A DNA stretch of 54,349 nt, counting the filler, from Basidioascus undulatus (lineage: Eukaryota): the NCBI GenBank assembly GCA_000826855.1. It is 3 parts of 3 records of this genome, joined end to end, with 100 filler letters (N's around TTAATTAATTAA, not from the genome) between each part and the next. Parts side by side here need not be neighbours in the genome. Positions count along the whole stretch, not along the records: positions 36,314 to 54,349 come from JTLS01000492.1; 2 more parts are not named here. The stretch is one strand, 5' to 3'. The position numbers and the translations under genes were made by a program. Each line of letters starts with the position of its first letter. Position 1 is the first letter of the stretch. Below are positions 51,572-54,349 of the stretch, piece after piece. The notes beneath the pieces were generated by a model, which was not told the DNA's origin, ran no database searches, and saw only the letters and a list, made by a program, of their open reading frames with translations.

Positions 51572-53524
51572 ATGGATAGGTTTGAATACTCGAAGGGCGG
51601 CCGGTGGCTCTACACTGACGCAGAAGCGTACCTCTGGCACGGCGGGTGCTATGTGAGACTCGTCTACAGGCCGGGAACCCTGGCCGCCGATATCCTCGCC
51701 TTCAGAAAGGACCTTCCTGAGTACGGCCGCAGCCTCCTGATAGACGGGGACGATGTCACGCACATAGACCATGAGGAACTGCGGGAGCCCGACGAGCCGG
51801 AGGATGACAGCGAGGACGTGTCTGAGGAGATGTCCAGGCTTCCAGTCGTCAAGGCTGACGAGAAGGTCCACTACCTCAAGCACTGCATGTACAGGAGCGA
51901 GATACAGAACTTGCTCAAGGTCAGAGGGGGCCCGTCTGTGATAGAGCTACTGGGGCGTACGGAGGACATGAGGCTTGTGTTCCCCAGGTATACGACCGAC
52001 CTTTTCGAGTATGTGGTGAGACACAGGGGTACGGACTTCAGGCAGCACGCAACGTGGCTGCTGCAGATAATCTCGGGTCTCAAGTGGCTCCACTCGCACG
52101 GGGTGGTCCACAGGGACCTCGTGCTCAGGAACATAATGTACTCGGAGCCCGTGGTGATAGCCGACCTCGAGTCCAAGCACACCTCGCTTGACTGCAGACC
52201 GCCCGAAGTCTCGGCGGACGCCGGGTTCAGCCCGGCTAGCGATGTGTACGCACTAGGTTTCTGTGTATGGCAGATGGAGAAGCGCAACTACCCGAGGCCA
52301 TTTGCACCGGTGGAATTGGAGGGTCCGCTTGCAGAGATCTTCCACGCCTGCAGACGAGAAAGACCCGAGGACAGGCCGACCCTCGAGGAGCTCACCCTCA
52401 CCCTTGAGTCACTAAGCGACCCGCAGGTGCGGCGCCCCTCATCTGCAGCGCGCATGTCAGAGGCACCCAGCCCTGGGTCAGGGCCCGCTACAATGACGGA
52501 GAGCCTCAGTGAGTTCATACGTACGAAGGGGGCGTGTATGCGTCAGGAGGAACTGGCCCTCGCGGTCCTCAACGAGGCGGAGGGGAGGAAGGTTTCCCTG
52601 GACCCCGACCGGATACTCGTTCACTACGAGCCCTCCTGCACCGCAGACTTCAGGGTGACGAGGCTGGAGCTCAAGGATACAAGCGAAGCAGACACCGACT
52701 TCGCCAAGGTCCTCCGCGCGCTGTACGGGATCGTGAAGGATTACGAAGGGGAGCCGTACTGTAACTACCAGCTCTGCGTGCACAGCCTCTGTTTTGAGAG
52801 CCACACCCTCGACGAGTGGCGGACTCAGCTCCCCCAGTTCATAGGCGAGGGCATAGACTACAAGGTTTACAAGACACGCGAGGGGATAGCAGTGAAGGTG
52901 GCGAAGGAGCGGTGGGTGGTTGCGATAGCAGTCAGGGAAGGCCTCACCATCAAGCAACTCTCTCGGGTTCCCCACATAGTAAGGATGTACGAATTCCATG
53001 TAGTTGACGACAGAATCAAGGGCTTGCTACTGCAGTACTACCCCAACGGGACGCTGGAGGACCACCCCCGGATGCATGAGTGCGTCGATCGCTGGGTGTT
53101 GCAACTGGCCATGGCGATCGAGGGCATGCACGCCCTCGGTATAGCGCACGGTGACCTCCGCCCTGACAACATTATGGTCGACGAAGACATGGACGCTGTG
53201 GTGTGCGACTTCAGTGCAGCGGGGGTGGGGAACGAGTGCAGAGGGCACCCGCGGTGGTCGATGCACGAGACCAGAGAAGATGACGCCATCATCCGCACCG
53301 AGCACGACGTTTACTCCTACGGCCTGCTAGTCCTCTATCTCACCTCCGGTAGCAAGCCCTACCCCGACATAGACAGCGACGATGAGGAGGCTCTGGTCAG
53401 AGCCACGAAGGTGCCCCCCGGGTTCGACACCTCGTCAAAGTATGGATGGCTCATAAACGAGTGCCTCGGCCTCCGGTTCCCTGGGGTGGCAAAGATCAGG
53501 GAGACCGTGGAGAAGCCGGAGTAG
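51572..53524 (+). CDS. Intronless tandem (two-domain) protein kinase
   Basis: 650-codon ORF. Kinase 1: HYLK, SEIQNL, VHRDLVLRN, IADLE, PPE, SDVYALG. Kinase 2: IGEG, IAVK, VRE, AHGDLRPDN, CDFS, HDVYSYG. Confidence 0.92.
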   Translation: MDRFEYSKGGRWLYTDAEAYLWHGGCYVRLVYRPGTLAADILAFRKDLPEYGRSLLIDGDDVTHIDHEELREPDEPEDDSEDVSEEMSRLPVVKADEKVHYLKHCMYRSEIQNLLKVRGGPSVIELLGRTEDMRLVFPRYTTDLFEYVVRHRGTDFRQHATWLLQIISGLKWLHSHGVVHRDLVLRNIMYSEPVVIADLESKHTSLDCRPPEVSADAGFSPASDVYALGFCVWQMEKRNYPRPFAPVELEGPLAEIFHACRRERPEDRPTLEELTLTLESLSDPQVRRPSSAARMSEAPSPGSGPATMTESLSEFIRTKGACMRQEELALAVLNEAEGRKVSLDPDRILVHYEPSCTADFRVTRLELKDTSEADTDFAKVLRALYGIVKDYEGEPYCNYQLCVHSLCFESHTLDEWRTQLPQFIGEGIDYKVYKTREGIAVKVAKERWVVAIAVREGLTIKQLSRVPHIVRMYEFHVVDDRIKGLLLQYYPNGTLEDHPRMHECVDRWVLQLAMAIEGMHALGIAHGDLRPDNIMVDEDMDAVVCDFSAAGVGNECRGHPRWSMHETREDDAIIRTEHDVYSYGLLVLYLTSGSKPYPDIDSDDEEALVRATKVPPGFDTSSKYGWLINECLGLRFPGVAKIRETVEKPE

Positions 53525-53634
53525 ACCGGCGAGGTTTCGAAAACAACACCGGCTGTGTCCCTGGACTCATGATCACCTACCGCGCCTGCGGACCCACAAC
53601 CAGGGTTGCGTCGACACCTCCACCGTCATTCGCT

Positions 53635-54289
53635 ATGCCCACCATCCCCCCTTGCGGAGAGGAGGCCCCAGATGTTGTGAGACAGCTGTCCTTCGGCATC
53701 ACCGAGTTCGTGGGTGAACCCTTCGTCGAAGCCGAGGCGTGCTACGTCTCGCGGGTCAAGTACAAAGGGAAGGACGCTGTCGTAAAGGTTCAGATAGGGC
53801 CCCCGAATCAACAGGAGATAGATATCATGAGGGGCCTGAGGGACGTCATTCCCGTTCCCGAGGTTTACGACTACGGCGCCCACGGAGTCTGGGCGTATAT
53901 TGTGACAGAGTTCATGAGGGACTCCGTGACCTCGAGGACTACGAGGGGTTCATGTCGCCGGAGCTGTGTCGGGACAAAGGTGCATCCGGGAGGTAAGGGC
54001 CCACAGGACGGAGCCACCTCCCCTGCTCGTGAAGGACTCGTACTTTGAGGCGTGCTGCGGCGAGGGGTACCGGTATACCGACATCAACGACTTCATGACC
54101 AAGCGCCTGGAGGGGAGCGGAGTGGAGGTGTCGGGGCTCCAGGAGGTGCCCTTGGTCCTCTCCCACTGCGACCTGCTGCCTAGGAACGTCCTCGTGTCCA
54201 ACGACGGATCTAGGGTGGCAGCCATAATAGACTGGGAGTCCGCGAGCTACATGCCGGAGTTCTACAAGTACTTCAACAGCATCACTTGA
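53635..54289 (+). pseudogene. APH/choline-kinase-like phosphotransferase, two frameshifts
   Basis: AVVK..QEIDIM..IPVPEVYDY..YIVTEFM; shifts near 53931 and 53977; LSHCDLLPRNVLV..AAIIDWESASYMP (Brenner motif and DWE). Confidence 0.85.
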
Positions 54290-54300
54290 GCGGTATGGAA

Positions 54301-54349
54301 GGCGAGATGGCCGAGCGGTCTAAGGCGCCAGACTAAGGATCTGGTCCGA
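54301..54349 (+). tRNA. tRNA-Leu (AAG), 5' portion, cut by end of sequence
   Basis: GGCGAGA TG GCC GAGCGGTCTAA GGC G CCAGA CT-AAG-GA TCTGG TCCGA: Leu-type D loop, perfect anticodon stem and start of the long variable arm. Confidence 0.9.

Noticed and set aside
51530..51883. N-terminal extension of the minus-strand kinase in the ORF track (to 51883)
   Set aside because: It is the antisense shadow of the tandem kinase; kinase similarity begins near Met 51529.
53525..53634. Hammerhead-like ATGAGTCC-AG-GGAC on the minus strand between kinase and APH
   Set aside because: Lacks an intact CTGANGA and the GAAA after stem II.

Overview
Fungal nuclear DNA, most likely a basidiomycete of Pucciniomycotina type (inferred from many 50-80 nt introns, GTGCGT/GTGAGT donors, micro-exons and GC3-rich housekeeping genes). 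The window is three contigs (1-18068, 18169-36213, 36314-54349; 18068, 18045 and 18036 bp) joined by 100-bp N spacers with a TTAATTAATTAA stop linker, so gene order across the spacers is not meaningful. Contig 1: a MITE-like element, a quinate-permease-type MFS transporter, an Sfk1-like gene, RIO1, a Tsp2-type tetraspanin, TRR1, VMA3 and NAS2. Contig 2: an esterase remnant, a Git3-like GPCR, NOG1, a PIL1-domain gene and two decayed BTB genes. Contig 3: RER1, an F-box-like remnant, a CSC1/OSCA channel, then an unusual intronless, tightly packed island of four kinase-fold domains (divergent kinase, tandem two-kinase ORF, APH-like phosphotransferase) lying between tRNA-Cys(GCA) and tRNA-Leu(AAG). 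The second highlight is an in-frame ACG-initiated, mitochondrial-presequence-like extension of TRR1. Exon boundaries were read by eye; family calls come from motif recognition, not database searches.
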